Origin: a bacterium
GTDB lineage: Bacteria > Patescibacteriota > Microgenomatia > UBA1400 > UBA12108
DNA length: 56,576 bases
Assembly (NCBI GenBank): GCA_043809365.1
Contig: JAZDDW010000003.1
Coordinates: 1-56,576 of the forward strand
Reading direction: 5' to 3'
Made by a program: the position numbers and the translations under genes. The notes under the pieces were generated by a model. The model did no database searches. It saw only the letters and a program-made list of their open reading frames with translations, and was not told the origin of the DNA. Positions 18,898-26,953 of this stretch are shown piece by piece. Numbering within the stretch: position 1 is the stretch's first letter; each line of letters opens with the position of its first letter.

Positions 18898-20152
18898 CTT
18901 CTATCTTAACACCTAGCCAAGGAAATAATTGATCTAAGGAAAATATATCCATTCTTTTGGATAGTTTTTCGTTATTTTTTTCTAGTTTCCCTTCTTCCGC
19001 TTTTCGTTTACTTATTAGTGATTTCAATTTATTTGTGACTTCAACTTCGGCTGATGGTTGACCCAAGTCAACAAAGTATTTCAGGTAATGGTCTCCATAG
19101 AGAAATTTGAGGGCATTAATATTCTTATGATTATAGTATTCCCCGCTCGATAAAACTAATACCGGTGTGTTTGTCGACAGGCTGAAAATCAGTCCGTGAT
19201 ACCTGGTAACTACCATGACATCACAACAACTCGTGAGATATTTGATCGTTTGGGCCTGGCTTGATCCCGAGCTAACAATCTTCGTATAACTCGGGGCGGT
19301 TACTTTGATGTTTGAGGGTAATCTTTTCACAAGTTGTTTCATATACCACTTGCCCCACTCCTTATTATTTTCCTTGATCAAGATATGCGGGATCAATACA
19401 AGTTCAACTCGCTCAATTTCGGCTAAATCCGTCAATGCGTGAGCCACGGACTCTAAAATCACCTGTTCACAACCTCGCAACTGGTGCAGACTAATCCCAA
19501 TTCTTAGCCTCTTAGTTCTTGGTAGTAGCAAACCTGTCTTTGTTGGGAGGTTGTAAGCGGAGTCCAGCATGCTAACTATTCTTGGTTTATCAACTCCATA
19601 GTTATCCAACAGATTCGGCGTATTGAGCGGCTTGCGTAGACCAATCAAGCTAGGTAGATTTAAGAAATATCTGGCGAATATTCTGTCAATTCCCTGGAGT
19701 GGTCCAATCGTTTGGCTTGTCATAATCACCTTCCTTTTGTGGAGCGAAAATAGAAACATCAAAAAGAAGGCATAATACAGCCAAGAAGGGCAAAGACTAT
19801 AGATATTTCCTCCCCCTGTAAAATGTAATATGTTATAGCGCAACACACTGCGTACAAACGAGAGTTGTTCTGTCCGAAATAGGTTAATCCCCCATCGATA
19901 GTCCAAAACCGACTTCACCATCAACTTCAGACAATACAGTATTGCTTGATGACCAGCCAGAGGAAAGGGTAGATGTAAATATGCTGATATTCCAAGATAA
20001 GTATGAGACACTGATCTCGCCAAAACTCCCAGTTCAATGGTGGGTTGATGTCTTTTGTACCATTTTATCACCTCTTCAAACATCGCCTCATCTCCCACAT
20101 GATAAAAGCCAGTCTCATTTGTCCCGATATCCGCCAACAACAGTATTTTCAT
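18866..20152 (-). CDS. Polysaccharide pyruvyl transferase family protein (CsaB/WcaK-like)
   Basis: MKILLLADIG...FYHVGDEAM N-terminus and the TRYHGLIFSL motif typical of the PS_pyruv_trans family. Overlaps the radical SAM gene by 32 nt. Confidence 0.7.
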   Translation of the reverse strand: MKILLLADIGTNETGFYHVGDEAMFEEVIKWYKRHQPTIELGVLARSVSHTYLGISAYLHLPFPLAGHQAILYCLKLMVKSVLDYRWGINLFRTEQLSFVRSVLRYNILHFTGGGNIYSLCPSWLYYAFFLMFLFSLHKRKVIMTSQTIGPLQGIDRIFARYFLNLPSLIGLRKPLNTPNLLDNYGVDKPRIVSMLDSAYNLPTKTGLLLPRTKRLRIGISLHQLRGCEQVILESVAHALTDLAEIERVELVLIPHILIKENNKEWGKWYMKQLVKRLPSNIKVTAPSYTKIVSSGSSQAQTIKYLTSCCDVMVVTRYHGLIFSLSTNTPVLVLSSGEYYNHKNINALKFLYGDHYLKYFVDLGQPSAEVEVTNKLKSLISKRKAEEGKLEKNNEKLSKRMDIFSLDQLFPWLGVKIEDEYGKNKAVY

Positions 20153-20173
20153 ATGCTATGCTTATTATATCTT

Positions 20174-20803
20174 ATGAAAAATTCTACAATTAATCATCTA
20201 GTAAAAACACTGCAAGGATACTATTCCAAGCCACAAGTATTAAAGCGGGCCAGAATTCCAGGAGAAATTATTCATTCGGATATTGAATCTGGCGTAATTT
20301 GGGATTTAGCCAAGAAAGCCATCAAGCCACACGGCTTTGCGCTCGAAGTCGGAACCTGGAAGGGGAATAGTGGTTATATTATTGCCAGTATTTGTGCCAT
20401 GCGTCAAGCTCACCTAATTTGCATCGATAGTTTTAATGGTGATATGGCTTTTGGTGGAGAGGCACACAATCTCGATTTTCTCCGCGATCACGCCCTGGCA
20501 CATCTAAGTAGTTTACCTGTCAGCTTCCTCGTCATGAACTCCACCCAAGCTCACCAGGTCATTGCCGACCACACTTTTGATTTTTGTTTCGTTGATGGAG
20601 ATCATACCGAGCCTGTCGTCAGTCAAGACATCAAGAATTACTACTCCAAAGTCAAACCCGGAGGTATTTATAGTGGCCACGATTATGGTTTTGTGCACGC
20701 TGATCCCAAAATTATTTTTAAAGTCAAAGAAAATGTTGATAAAGTCTGTGGTCGGGTTAAGGTGATTGACACTATCTGGTTCCGTCAAATACCCAATAAA
20801 TAA
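20174..20803 (+). CDS. Class I SAM-dependent methyltransferase (Methyltransf_24-like)
   Basis: ALEVGTWKGNSG...FCFVDGDHTEPVVSQDIKNYYSKVKPGGIYSGHDY. ATG at 20174 chosen because earlier in-frame ATGs overlap the divergent gene. Confidence 0.7.
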   Translation: MKNSTINHLVKTLQGYYSKPQVLKRARIPGEIIHSDIESGVIWDLAKKAIKPHGFALEVGTWKGNSGYIIASICAMRQAHLICIDSFNGDMAFGGEAHNLDFLRDHALAHLSSLPVSFLVMNSTQAHQVIADHTFDFCFVDGDHTEPVVSQDIKNYYSKVKPGGIYSGHDYGFVHADPKIIFKVKENVDKVCGRVKVIDTIWFRQIPNK

Positions 20804-20809
20804 ACGATT

Positions 20810-22354
20810 ATGATTCCTAAAATTATTCACTATGTCTGGTTAGGTGGCAACGATCAATCTATCAAGCCATACGTCAAAAGTTGGCGGCGTACCAATCCTA
20901 ATTATCACATCATGCTCTGGAACGAAAAAAATATCGACCTTTCTCTTCCTTACTTGCGGGAAACAATTGCGAAAAAAGAGTGGGCGCATGCTTCCAACTT
21001 GATCAGGCTCTTAGCGGTTCAACAATATGGTGGGATCTATCTCGATACCGATATCAAATTACTCAAATCCCTGGACCCACTTCTGCTCAATAAGTGTTTC
21101 TTTGGCTTTCAATTGGTCAAAAAAAACCGCGACTGGGTGAATAACGCAGTTTTCGGAGCCGAAAAAAACCACTGGTTTATCACCAAAATGATAGACCAAT
21201 ATTTATCCGGGCAATACCTGGGCGCAAACATTATCTATACCTTATCTCCCACGATCACAATCGCGCTCTTGGAAGCCGAAGGCTTAACCCACTATTCTGC
21301 CCACGGAGTTTTGGTCAAAGACATTCGGATCTATCCCCGCCCATATTTTTATCCTTACTCCTGGAAAGAAAAAGACATTCGCCCTCGGATTTCCCCACAT
21401 ACTTATACTGAACACACCTGGCTCAAGCGCTGGGATCTACCCGCAGTTATTCCTCCTCTCAAGTTTAGCGCTCACGCAGTTAAATTAGTCATGACCTTGC
21501 TCGTACGGGACGAATCCGACATTGTCGAAGACAATATTTGTTTTCATCTTGCTCACGGTGTGGATCATATTATCGCGATGGATAATAATTCGCTAGACGG
21601 TACGGCTCACATCCTTCACAAATATGAAAAACTAGGAGTATTAACCTATCTACATCAACCTGACAATACTTACGAACAAAGTAAATGGGTTTCCCAAATG
21701 GCGAGCCTGGCGGTCGAAAAACAGGGCGCCACCCATCTCTTTCACGCTGATGCGGATGAGTTTTGGTACCCAGACTCAGGTAATCTCAAAGATGATTTAC
21801 CCGCCAACAATCAAGTCTATTATGTGAACTCGCTCTCCTATTTACCCCCCATCGGAGTCGGGAGATTCTTGGGCATTTTTTGGGTAGTGAACTCACCCAT
21901 TCCCTATTTTGCCCAGATGGATCGGGAGTTAAGCTATCGCTACCTCCTCTACCGCTATCAACCCAAGGTTATGACTTCCAACCTCTTCACTCACATCACC
22001 CAAGGCAATCACAATGTAATCACCAAACTACCCCTTGTCTCTATCACTCCCCCCCATATCCTTATTCATCATTTTCCCGTTAGGTCATATCGTCAGTTTC
22101 GCAACAAAGTTGTCAAAGGAGGAGAGTCTTATCTTCACCACCCCCACCAGGATCCAAGTATCGGTTGGCAGTGGAAAGAGTGGTACCGCCTATATCGAGC
22201 TGGCTTGCTTCGGGATATCTACCGCGCAACTTGTCTGACCTCCCCTGAACGCAAAATTCTTTACTACCGGGGGATTATCAAACGGATTTTTGTTCCTCAA
22301 TCTATCCGCTTTGCCAAATGGGTTTATTGGTTCGGCAAACTTCAACCCAAATAA
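20810..22354 (+). CDS. Two-domain glycosyltransferase: N-terminal GT32-like (Gly_transf_sug, DXD) + C-terminal GT2-like (Glyco_tranf_2_4-like)
   Basis: IPKIIHYVWLGGN...YGGIYLDTDI (GT32-like), then VMTLLVRDESDIVEDNICFHLAHGVDHIIAMDNNSLDGT. Confidence 0.7.
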   Translation: MIPKIIHYVWLGGNDQSIKPYVKSWRRTNPNYHIMLWNEKNIDLSLPYLRETIAKKEWAHASNLIRLLAVQQYGGIYLDTDIKLLKSLDPLLLNKCFFGFQLVKKNRDWVNNAVFGAEKNHWFITKMIDQYLSGQYLGANIIYTLSPTITIALLEAEGLTHYSAHGVLVKDIRIYPRPYFYPYSWKEKDIRPRISPHTYTEHTWLKRWDLPAVIPPLKFSAHAVKLVMTLLVRDESDIVEDNICFHLAHGVDHIIAMDNNSLDGTAHILHKYEKLGVLTYLHQPDNTYEQSKWVSQMASLAVEKQGATHLFHADADEFWYPDSGNLKDDLPANNQVYYVNSLSYLPPIGVGRFLGIFWVVNSPIPYFAQMDRELSYRYLLYRYQPKVMTSNLFTHITQGNHNVITKLPLVSITPPHILIHHFPVRSYRQFRNKVVKGGESYLHHPHQDPSIGWQWKEWYRLYRAGLLRDIYRATCLTSPERKILYYRGIIKRIFVPQSIRFAKWVYWFGKLQPK

Positions 22355-22369
22355 TTGTCAACTTTATGC

Positions 22370-22375
22370 TAAACT
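22370..22375 (+). promoter_or_regulatory. -10-like box abutting a start codon (leaderless-type)
   Basis: TAAACT, 7 nt before the ATG at 22383. Confidence 0.35.
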
Positions 22376-22382
22376 TAACCAT

Positions 22383-23060
22383 ATGCAACTCCAGAGAAAA
22401 ATCGCCAAAGCTCGTCAAGTAATTCTTTCCGCCAAAGATAAATGGCCGAGTAAAAATATTGCCATCGCTTGGACGGGTGGTAAGGATTCTACCGTGGTCC
22501 TTCACCTCGTTAGAGAACTTTTTGAGGGCAAGGTTCCTTTTCGCGTGATGTTTAACGATTCCACCCTTGAGTTTCCTGAGATTTATGCTTTTGTCCACAA
22601 ATATACCCAAGAATGGAATCTTGATCTTTTATGGGTCAAGCACCTTCCCCAAGATCTCCAAGCTTATACAAGAGCCAAGAGTAACGAAGAAAAAATGGAA
22701 ATCCTGCGTCTTGCCAAGATTAATGCTCTTAATTATGCCCTTAAAGAGTACCAGCTCCAGGCGTTTTTGTCCGGTATTCGTTGGGATGAGCACGAGGCAC
22801 GTAGTCAAGAAACATATTTTTCTCCTCGCAAAACTCACGTTAGAGTTCACCCTATTCTTAATTTTACTTTGGGCGATATCTGGGAATATATTCGCACTTA
22901 TCAAGTGCCCTACGTCGATCTTTATGATAAAGGCTACAAATCACTCGGCGAAGCACCCTTTACTAAACCAGTCACTGACCCAAGCGGATTAGAACGTGAC
23001 GGCAGAGAAGCCACCAAAGAAAAAACCATGGCCAGATTAAGAAAACTAGGTTATTGGTGA
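22383..23060 (+). CDS. PAPS reductase / CysD-like PP-loop ATP pyrophosphatase family protein
   Basis: PP-loop AWTGGKDST (22473-22490). C-terminal ERDGREATKEKTMARLRKLGYW resembles the CysD C-terminus. Lacks the CysH-type C-terminal catalytic Cys motif. Confidence 0.7.
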   Translation: MQLQRKIAKARQVILSAKDKWPSKNIAIAWTGGKDSTVVLHLVRELFEGKVPFRVMFNDSTLEFPEIYAFVHKYTQEWNLDLLWVKHLPQDLQAYTRAKSNEEKMEILRLAKINALNYALKEYQLQAFLSGIRWDEHEARSQETYFSPRKTHVRVHPILNFTLGDIWEYIRTYQVPYVDLYDKGYKSLGEAPFTKPVTDPSGLERDGREATKEKTMARLRKLGYW

Positions 23061-23066
23061 TTAACT

Positions 23067-24632
23067 ATGTCCAATCTATTTCTGATCACGCTAGACGCTG
23101 TTAGGCGAGATCACCTAGGTTGTTACGGGTATTCTCGCAAGATTACACCCAATTTGGATAAATTAGCCAAAGAATATCAAAAAATAGATTGGTGCTTTAC
23201 CCCCGCCAGCTATACTTCCGCCTCCGTCCCCTCCATTCTTTCCGCCAAATATCCCACTCACATTTCCACAAGATTTGGAATCACTCTACCCTACGCTTCT
23301 TCCCTGAACGACTTGGCACCCATTACTCAATTAAAAAAGATGGGATATAAAACGGCCGCTTTTACGGCTAATCCCATCACTTCTTCATCTATGAATCGAA
23401 CGCTCAATTTATTTTTTGATTATTTCAGCGATACCTATTCAGAGACCAAACAATCAACACCCTATAAAACATCATCCGAAGTTCTCTCCGAAGTAGTTGC
23501 TTATCTCAAGCAAAATCCTGACAATAATTTTATCTGGATTCACCTCATGGATGCACATGGACCCTACGTACCCTATACAATCAGTAAGTTTGTAGGAGAC
23601 AGACTCTGGAAAAAACAACAAAGTTTACCTCACCTAACGCGAATTATATCTGATACCTTTGATCATGAAACCATTGAAAGTATCTTAACCAAACCAGGCA
23701 CTCAATTTTATCAATTAAGAGATGTTCTCAAAGATGACCAGGGCGGAATTATCGATTTTCAAAAAGATCCTCGGTATTATATTGCTCAATATGATTTAGG
23801 TATTCAACTCATGGATCACACTTTGGGAAGACTTTTTCAATATTTACAACTCCATAATTTATGGGAAGATGCCACCATCGCCATCCATTCGGATCATGGT
23901 GAAACGATGGGCGAAAATGGTTTGTACTTTAATCATGCCTATCTCACCACCCCCGAACTAGCCCTTAGCCCCCTGATCTTTAAATTCGGCCGGCAACAGA
24001 AAGCTAGCGGGAATGTTGCCTCTGCAATCGATATTTTACCGACCCTTCTCGCTTCCAAATCTATTCCTCTGCCCAGGGGGTTGGACGGAATCTCTCTCTT
24101 TGCCTCTAGCTCACGAGTAAATATCTACACAATTGGTCCAAAAGATATCTCTATTATTAATCAAACAAAGCGTACAATCACATCCTTTCATCAGGGAGAT
24201 CTAGATTACAAAGCGCATAAACAACCACAAGCTCAATTACTGCCTATCAAAGTTGCTCAACCTCTCAATCCCCTCAACTTTGCCAATCTCTATTGTTTTA
24301 AATATAAATATCACAAGCATACGGTTCAATTCATTTCTCATTCGTATGACGAACAAGACATTAGTCTCCTGGAACAATGCCGACTCGATCTCCTCAAAAA
24401 TTCCGACAAAGGCAATACTCGCCTAAATTTATCCCCAGCCAGAATTGACAATCTGATCGAGACACTAGTTAGTGAAGATTCACGTAGTGTAATCGAAGTT
24501 CAAGATCAACTGGCAGAATACACAACATGGGTCAAAATACTACAAGCCGAAAACAAAGCCTTAAAGAGAAAAATTTTTCCAGGTCTTAAATTACCCAAAT
24601 GGTTTTCCCAATTCCGCTCTAACAAGATATAA
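23067..24632 (+). CDS. Sulfatase-fold (alkaline phosphatase superfamily) protein with Thr at the nucleophile position
   Basis: LITLDAVRRDHLGCYGY...TPNLDKLA...YTSASVPSILSAKYP aligns to the sulfatase N-terminus, with T50 (23214-23216) where Cys/Ser-x-Pro-x-Arg is expected. C-terminal about 150 aa extension with a coiled-coil-like LQAENKALKRK. Confidence 0.65.
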   Translation: MSNLFLITLDAVRRDHLGCYGYSRKITPNLDKLAKEYQKIDWCFTPASYTSASVPSILSAKYPTHISTRFGITLPYASSLNDLAPITQLKKMGYKTAAFTANPITSSSMNRTLNLFFDYFSDTYSETKQSTPYKTSSEVLSEVVAYLKQNPDNNFIWIHLMDAHGPYVPYTISKFVGDRLWKKQQSLPHLTRIISDTFDHETIESILTKPGTQFYQLRDVLKDDQGGIIDFQKDPRYYIAQYDLGIQLMDHTLGRLFQYLQLHNLWEDATIAIHSDHGETMGENGLYFNHAYLTTPELALSPLIFKFGRQQKASGNVASAIDILPTLLASKSIPLPRGLDGISLFASSSRVNIYTIGPKDISIINQTKRTITSFHQGDLDYKAHKQPQAQLLPIKVAQPLNPLNFANLYCFKYKYHKHTVQFISHSYDEQDISLLEQCRLDLLKNSDKGNTRLNLSPARIDNLIETLVSEDSRSVIEVQDQLAEYTTWVKILQAENKALKRKIFPGLKLPKWFSQFRSNKI

Positions 24633-24633
24633 T
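24628..24633 (+). promoter_or_regulatory. -10-like box abutting a start codon (leaderless-type)
   Basis: TATAAT, 7 nt before the ATG at 24641. Overlaps the TAA stop of the upstream gene. Confidence 0.45.
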
Positions 24634-24640
24634 CAATTCC

Positions 24641-26905
24641 ATGCGCCGCTCACTTAGTCATCTAAAAATTGTTCCTATCTTTATTTCCTCGTTCACTTTT
24701 CGTTTGTGGCAGCAATATTGTCGGTTGCGAGATCAGTTTTCACCCATGGTGGGGGGTAGTCATAAGTACTATACCCACAAGTTAAGTGAGGGCAATATTC
24801 GCAAATATATCTTGCCCAGCCAGACTTTCAAGCTTTGGAGGTATACTTATCAAGGGCGACAATTTATCTTCCTCAAGTTCATGCAACCAATCACCAAACA
24901 TCTTCTAGCTCTCATTCCTCAATCGGTAAAGAACCAAATTAAACTATTCGGTTCTCTTTTCCATTTTTCTCAAGCCAGTCTCGATCCCCGGATCATCCGC
25001 GAATGGGAACTGTGGAACAAAGCCAGGCCAGACGCCAGTCTCGATATCCTCAATTTTGGGGTCATTTCCTATGATTATCGTTTTCAACGTCCCCAACAAC
25101 TCGCCGTGGCGCTCGCAAAACGTCATCATCGTATCTTTTATATTGAAACAGAATTTTCCTATGCTCTCTCTTCACAGGTAGCCAAAATCAAGGTTAGAAA
25201 AGCCGCGTCAAACGTTTATGTGGTCACCCTCTCCGCTCCCGCCAATTATTTTATCTACCGCGACACGCCTCGCCAGAAAGGGGTTGACATTCTGATGGCT
25301 TCGCTCAAAATCCTCCTCCGCCAAGCTAGGATTATCAATCCAGTTGCCAAGTTGGACCATCCTTTTTGGGGAGTTCTCCGCAGTTCCCTAAGCATGCCCA
25401 TAATCTATGACGTGATGGATTTACACGTTGGGTTCAAAGAATCGGGTAAAACTATCCTAGACAAACATCGCGATCTAGTCCAAAACTCCGATTTAGTGCT
25501 TGCCAGTTCTAACTATCTCAAACGCACCCTTGTCCAAGAAACCACCAACCTGATTATGCTCAAGAATGCCAGTGAGTACTCTCATTTTCGCTCTGCTAGC
25601 AAACCAGGATATTCCCGCCCAAGCGATCTGCGCGAACTCCAAGGACCCATTCTCGGTTACTATGGAGCTCTCGCAGACTGGTTAGACACTGATCTGATTG
25701 AGGACTCCGCTCGCGCCTTCCCCTCCGCCTCCTTAGTTTTTATCGGTCGTATCCAAAATAACCAACTCGAAGTATTAGCCAAAAAGTACCCAAACATTCA
25801 CCTCCTAGGCGAAAAACCTTACCAGGACTTACCCCAATACCTCTCCTACTTCGATGTCTGCCTGATTCCCTTCAAGCTCACACAGTTGATCCAAGCCACC
25901 AACCCCGTTAAGATCTACGAATATTTCGCCGCCGGCAAACCAGTCGTCGCCACTCCCATTCCCGAGCTGAAGGTATATGCCAAACTGCTGTATTTTGGGT
26001 CGACCAGCACACAATTTTGTTCTGCCATCAGCCATGCAATTAAGGAACATTCTACAGAATTGCGCCGTGCCCGTCAGCTAGTTTCCTCCCAAAATACGTG
26101 GGTTATGCGTGCCGAAACTTTGCATACCCAACTAATGCAATTTTTCCCCAAAGTCAGCGTCGTTATTCTCGTTTATAACCATACCGATCTATCAAAAATA
26201 TCCATCGATAGTACCCTCAAACGATCTAAGTATCCCAATCTCGAACTATTAGCTGTTGACAACAAATCAGATGCTAAAACACGCAAAATGCTCAATACCT
26301 ATAGGGGAGTGCCCAATGTCAAAGTGGTCCTTAATCCCGCAAATTATGGTTTTGCCAAGGGAAACAATGTCGGGATGAAGCTAGCCAGCGGGGAGTATAT
26401 CATCCTCTTAAACAATGATGTATGCGTAACGCCTGGTTGGATCGAGCGTCTGGTCTATCATGCTAGAGGCAAGGATATTGGTTTGGTTGGGCCAGTCACC
26501 AATAGTATTGGCAACGAAAGTAAGATTGAGATCGAGTACGACGGGGATAAGGCCAAGGAAATCGAGGAAAAATCTGCTGACTACATCTATGCTCACTGGG
26601 GGGAAGCCCTCAAATTACGCAACATAGCGGCTTTCGCCTGGCTCAAATCTAAAGCTGTCTACCAAAAGCTCGGCGGACTCGACGAGCGTTTTGGCAGAGG
26701 ACTTTTTGAAGATGATGATTATTGCATGAGAGTGTCCAAGGCCAACTTGAAGATCCTGTGTACGAAAGACGCTTTTGTTCATCACTACGGCGGGGCTAGT
26801 ACCAATTGGGGTAGTCCCGAGTATCAACTGCTCTTTAACACTAACAAGGCCAAATTTGAGGCTAAATGGGGAGTGAAGTGGACCCCCCACCAGTATCGTA
26901 AATAA
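24641..26905 (+). CDS. Two-domain glycosyltransferase: N-terminal GT-B (GT4/TuaH-like) + C-terminal GT2
   Basis: YDYRFQRPQQLAVALAKRHHRIFYIE...NPVKIYEYFAAGKPVVAT (GT-B), then VSVVILVYNH...LAVDNKSDAKT...FAKGNNVG...FEDDDYCMR (GT2). Confidence 0.75.
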   Translation: MRRSLSHLKIVPIFISSFTFRLWQQYCRLRDQFSPMVGGSHKYYTHKLSEGNIRKYILPSQTFKLWRYTYQGRQFIFLKFMQPITKHLLALIPQSVKNQIKLFGSLFHFSQASLDPRIIREWELWNKARPDASLDILNFGVISYDYRFQRPQQLAVALAKRHHRIFYIETEFSYALSSQVAKIKVRKAASNVYVVTLSAPANYFIYRDTPRQKGVDILMASLKILLRQARIINPVAKLDHPFWGVLRSSLSMPIIYDVMDLHVGFKESGKTILDKHRDLVQNSDLVLASSNYLKRTLVQETTNLIMLKNASEYSHFRSASKPGYSRPSDLRELQGPILGYYGALADWLDTDLIEDSARAFPSASLVFIGRIQNNQLEVLAKKYPNIHLLGEKPYQDLPQYLSYFDVCLIPFKLTQLIQATNPVKIYEYFAAGKPVVATPIPELKVYAKLLYFGSTSTQFCSAISHAIKEHSTELRRARQLVSSQNTWVMRAETLHTQLMQFFPKVSVVILVYNHTDLSKISIDSTLKRSKYPNLELLAVDNKSDAKTRKMLNTYRGVPNVKVVLNPANYGFAKGNNVGMKLASGEYIILLNNDVCVTPGWIERLVYHARGKDIGLVGPVTNSIGNESKIEIEYDGDKAKEIEEKSADYIYAHWGEALKLRNIAAFAWLKSKAVYQKLGGLDERFGRGLFEDDDYCMRVSKANLKILCTKDAFVHHYGGASTNWGSPEYQLLFNTNKAKFEAKWGVKWTPHQYRK

Positions 26906-26915
26906 AGCTTAATAA

Positions 26916-26944
26916 TTGACAGATCTTATATAATCTTATATAAT
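26916..26944 (+). promoter_or_regulatory. Consensus sigma70-type promoter of the fic-wecB unit
   Basis: TTGACA (26916-26921), a 17-bp spacer, then TATAAT (26939-26944). The ATG at 26954 is only 9 nt downstream of the -10 box. Confidence 0.7.
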
Positions 26945-26952
26945 CTTATATA
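26923..26952 (+). repeat. Three perfect tandem copies of ATCTTATATA
   Basis: Copies at 26923-26932, 26933-26942 and 26943-26952. They span the promoter spacer, the -10 box and the predicted transcription start, and end 1 nt before the fic ATG. Confidence 0.95.
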
Positions 26953-26953
26953 G

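Noticed and set aside
26923-26952. Considered whether the ATCTTATATA x3 repeat could be a tiny CRISPR-like array.
   Set aside because: The units are only 10 bp, directly abutting with no spacers, and there are no cas genes. The repeat is promoter-embedded.
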